Below, one piece after another: positions 61,901-64,000 of a DNA stretch of 64,000 bases. Within the stretch, counting starts at the first letter, position 1. Each line of letters starts with the position of its first letter. The DNA lies in contig CM000436.1 of NCBI GenBank assembly GCA_000165345.1, positions 1,248,001-1,312,000 on the forward strand. The letters run 5' to 3'. Below the pieces are notes generated by a model. The model was not told where the DNA came from, did not search any database, and saw only the letters and a list, made by a program, of their open reading frames with translations. A program made the translations under genes and the position numbers.

Positions 61901-64000
61901 TAATGATGCTTTTGGAATAGGAGGTGGAGATTACAGAAGAGATAGTGACGAGGACTCAGATCTTGGCTCAGCAGAAGAAGTTGGAAGTTCTAAAACGAAA
62001 GGTAAGGGCGAAGGAGACGATTTTGATAGAGACCTAGATTCTAATTCCATGGAAGCCGGTGGAATTAGTGGAAATTTTGGAGGGGGAAATACAAATCAAA
62101 ATGATTTAGAGTACTCCACAGGGAATTCAGGATCTGGAGGTTTAGGAAATAATGAATTTGAGGGGGATCCTTTATCCGGAAGTGGAGATAAAGGCGGATT
62201 TGATGATTCTTACTCTTCCTCAGTGGGCAACAATGATAAAGGGGGAGGATTTGGAAAAGAAGTACCTAGTTTCGATATTGAAACAGGAGATAATTTAAAT
62301 TCAGGAGACTCTAATTCATTTGGAAATTCTAGCTTCAAAGGTTTAAACAATGTGGATAATGATGACTTTGAAGCAGGTTCAGAAAAAGGTATTGATTTAC
62401 CTATAGAAGACAAAATTAGAAACGATATTGATGATTTAGATTCAACTTTCAATGGCCTAAACACACCTATTGATAGCTTTGATAATTCTGGAATAGGCTC
62501 AAAAGAAAATTTAGAATTGGATGGTATTTTAGCTAGCAACCAAAAATTTAACGATAATGATGATATGGAAATTGCGGAAGGATTGCCTACAGTAGATCAA
62601 CCTAGCTTGGGAATTGAAGAAGGCAATGAGATAGGAGGGCCTACTATAGTTAGCGAGCTAGATTTTGGTAATGGGGAAGAAGTAAAGGATTTAGACAAAA
62701 GTCTCGAAGAATTAAAAGACAGTCTTGGAGGTTCAACTGTAGATAACACAGGAGTTGACGACTTATTTGGAAATGGAATTAATAAGTCGAACAACCTTGG
62801 AATAAATGAAAATGAAATTCTTGGAGGCGAAGATTTTGGAAATGAAGTCCAATTCGGTCAAGGGGATACTAATGATGAAGTTGAAAACCTATTAAATGAG
62901 ATCCAAGAAGGAAATAATTTGAATATTGAAAATAACTACGACGAGTTAAATAATATTCAAGGAACCGAAGCAATAGATATTCAACCAAATAATACTGACA
63001 ATTTCCTTGATTCATTATTAATATCTGGCAATACAGGGGATGTTGAAATTGAATTAAATCCTATGAGTGGTGATAATAAAGATATTAATTCTGAATTGGA
63101 ATTACTTAATAACGTAGGAAATCCTAGTTTTGATATTGACAAGAACCCAAGTCTTTTTGAGATGGATAATAACGCGTATGGAAGGATAAATGAGGCAGAA
63201 ATAGATAAAGATCTGGATGAAGCTGCTAGTAATTTACAAATTCCTAATAATGAAATTAATTTTGGCCCAAATGATAGCTTTGAAATTCAAAATAAAAATT
63301 TGGAAACAGAATTGGAGGAATTAACAAAGTTGGGTGATCCAGGTACTGAAGTTCCAGGAATTAATTCGGATTTTCCCGATAATTCAGTTTTGCCGGAAAC
63401 AGTGGGTTTAAATGATGAATTCAAGGTATTGGAGGATTTGAGTGCTGATGGACCATTAGAAGAGGATGAATTCGAATTTTTAGAGAGAATGCTGAATGAA
63501 AAAGGAGCTAATAGAGAATTTGAGTTTGCTAGTACAGTGGATTCAGAGGAATTTACAGATGAAGAGGAGCTTGACGCATTAAATTTACCTAATGGCCAAC
63601 TTAATGTTGGATATGGACTTAATTCACAAATTCCATTATCAACACAAAGCCAGACTCAAAGCGAAAAAGACGAACCTTCTGTTGTACCAAATGACCAATT
63701 AAGTCTTGTAATTAATAGTATTCCAGGAGCGGACGATAACTCAGCAATAGAAATAAATGAAGCTTTGATGAGAGATCCGGGTACTCTAGACTCAATTTAC
63801 GAAGATCTTAATGATATTATTAATGATTTAAATCAAAATACTTCTTTTCCTGTAGAGATTCCAGAAATTGATCAAATAGATACAATAAGAACAAATTCAG
63901 ATCAAGCTATTGATAATAATATAAGTAATATTTATTCAGATTTTATTGAAAATGACAGAGAATCGACAAATATCAATACAATTGATGGAAGTTTGGATAT
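58914..64000 (+). CDS. Partial (3-prime end beyond the window) very large secreted, extremely acidic Gly/Asp/Glu/Ser/Asn-rich repetitive protein, more than 1695 aa. It is absent from the supplied ORF track.
   Basis: An ATG at 58914 opens a frame with no stop through position 64000, translated by hand; an in-frame TAG lies at 58869. The N-terminus MFIKKFILIFLILIFLICQTQG is a signal peptide. Residues 1 to about 560 are a non-repetitive, helix-rich domain. From about 60650 onward come degenerate acidic repeats (GDGGGDGGGDDGGDGGGDNDGGDEESSSGDGGGGEDNDEGEDKESSSGDGDHGGDDGGDNDE...). A long D/E/N/G-rich region follows. Track ORFs 60242..60730, 60737..60979, 61148..61429, 61504..61890 and the plus-strand ORFs at 60730 and 61117 are off-frame or antisense artefacts of this gene. 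Confidence 0.7.
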   Translation, partial: MFIKKFILIFLILIFLICQTQGISNDLSSLTSNLVSKYMTKEEFLGECKRELPKFRSNLTETQVYFLCLKALKSSLDKIYNSPVGKLLNSDSVPEDVVEHKTENDNVEGYRKLLDDVSNIFSSDVYFDEDLLEADNGLFSNSIQTLLEIDKKELKRKEFMEKKIKEIQNTEERLREEYREKLKKKYPEAYHPLALEIFSTISKEDIETWMNLPLKLKLPVINYYFLLVATMGQSSEKEDRHKIFTKAIISTIISKNEIKIPKYMTLQDIRYEICKFGMIHKSGCKIVPFSTLLSLPRHSFEIWKSFGLVLQFEFLIAMTYSIEHEMNFDNCDKEIFKITNEKKLRKEEESKIRVYLSHLFPEEDSLPLKHFKSVLKYLLDIAVNDEPSKLDDQSQSYSVVSSNFAQEKNDQTSSIQVKQSESINLELAKETKIENEVKDKIEHQEKKVTGFFDEVKDVSTIDSEKVEIDKNEYSSREYPTLNNDTDNIIEVAKLEEIRKIKDNGIKESTADNKNEEEFNLISLVNSETKVRNAKITMESEKSNGLKKIDVEGLNSLPPNEYNPYSNVGIGSGLMNKEDDDSFPEEEENPELGDESNDDLEEGQENIESHEGDNMENEDNGENTNAEELGDEGKKDDLDTRQDELDGDSGNGEDLGHNGEGEDENDDKDDTDGSDQDGNNEEDTPDGGDIGGTDQEDSDSGGEAKGTDYDGEEGKELDSDSGDGEGGGGEDNDEVDDEESNSGDGDHGGDDGGDNDEGEDGESNSGDGEESGSGENNGEREEEESTSGDGGFGGDVGGDGGGDGGGDDGGDGGGDNDGGDEESSSGDGGGGEDNDEGEDKESSSGDGDHGGDDGGDNDEREDGESNTGDREGGEEGDSDSGGYGGDKDEEGGDLDSDSGDGGNDGGDKDGEGGDLDSDLEDGGDDIGGGGGGEGEEGDLDSGGDGGDYMGDSNKDSDLGDRAEVGGGGDEGEDGGLDSGGGGLDNFEGNTGDSYSESNDAFGIGGGDYRRDSDEDSDLGSAEEVGSSKTKGKGEGDDFDRDLDSNSMEAGGISGNFGGGNTNQNDLEYSTGNSGSGGLGNNEFEGDPLSGSGDKGGFDDSYSSSVGNNDKGGGFGKEVPSFDIETGDNLNSGDSNSFGNSSFKGLNNVDNDDFEAGSEKGIDLPIEDKIRNDIDDLDSTFNGLNTPIDSFDNSGIGSKENLELDGILASNQKFNDNDDMEIAEGLPTVDQPSLGIEEGNEIGGPTIVSELDFGNGEEVKDLDKSLEELKDSLGGSTVDNTGVDDLFGNGINKSNNLGINENEILGGEDFGNEVQFGQGDTNDEVENLLNEIQEGNNLNIENNYDELNNIQGTEAIDIQPNNTDNFLDSLLISGNTGDVEIELNPMSGDNKDINSELELLNNVGNPSFDIDKNPSLFEMDNNAYGRINEAEIDKDLDEAASNLQIPNNEINFGPNDSFEIQNKNLETELEELTKLGDPGTEVPGINSDFPDNSVLPETVGLNDEFKVLEDLSADGPLEEDEFEFLERMLNEKGANREFEFASTVDSEEFTDEEELDALNLPNGQLNVGYGLNSQIPLSTQSQTQSEKDEPSVVPNDQLSLVINSIPGADDNSAIEINEALMRDPGTLDSIYEDLNDIINDLNQNTSFPVEIPEIDQIDTIRTNSDQAIDNNISNIYSDFIENDRESTNINTIDGSLD

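Overview
This is AT-rich (roughly 68-70% A+T), gene-dense eukaryotic nuclear DNA with the standard genetic code. I find about 37 protein-coding genes on both strands, three tRNA genes, and no rRNA, transposon or CRISPR-like structure. The content points to a Cryptosporidium-like apicomplexan, though this is an inference. Supporting signs are an alveolin-repeat inner-membrane-complex protein, a stand-alone CBM20 starch-binding protein, tiny 45-170 nt GTAAGT..YAG introns in a minority of genes, and intergenic regions full of E2F-type GGCGCC / TTTGGCGGG / TTTCCCGCC boxes and TGCATGCA octamers.

Recognisable genes include histone H4, U2AF35, SRP receptor alpha, a BRCA2 orthologue with eight BRC repeats, a Dis3/RNase II-family RNB exoribonuclease, and PRP4 and MEK-like kinases. 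There are also Tat-SF1/CUS2, a p24/emp24 protein, syntaxin 5, sedlin/TRAPPC2, a DHHC (DHYC-variant) palmitoyltransferase, TruA/Pus3 pseudouridine synthase, an OST3/6 subunit, a PAP2/dolichyl-diphosphatase-like protein, a RagC/Gtr2-like GTPase, a PHD-finger protein and a CLU-like TPR protein.

The supplied ORF track has three systematic problems. It uses TTG/GTG/CTG as starts, so many ORFs begin upstream of the true ATG. It cannot see spliced genes; I rebuilt six multi-exon models by hand. It omits the largest open frame in the window, a gene for a signal-peptide-bearing, extremely acidic Gly/Asp/Glu-rich repetitive protein, over 1690 codons from 58914 to beyond the window end, because that frame has no stop inside the window.

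Coordinates of hand-built splice junctions should be treated as +/-2 nt. No tools were run; all product calls rest on motif-level recognition.
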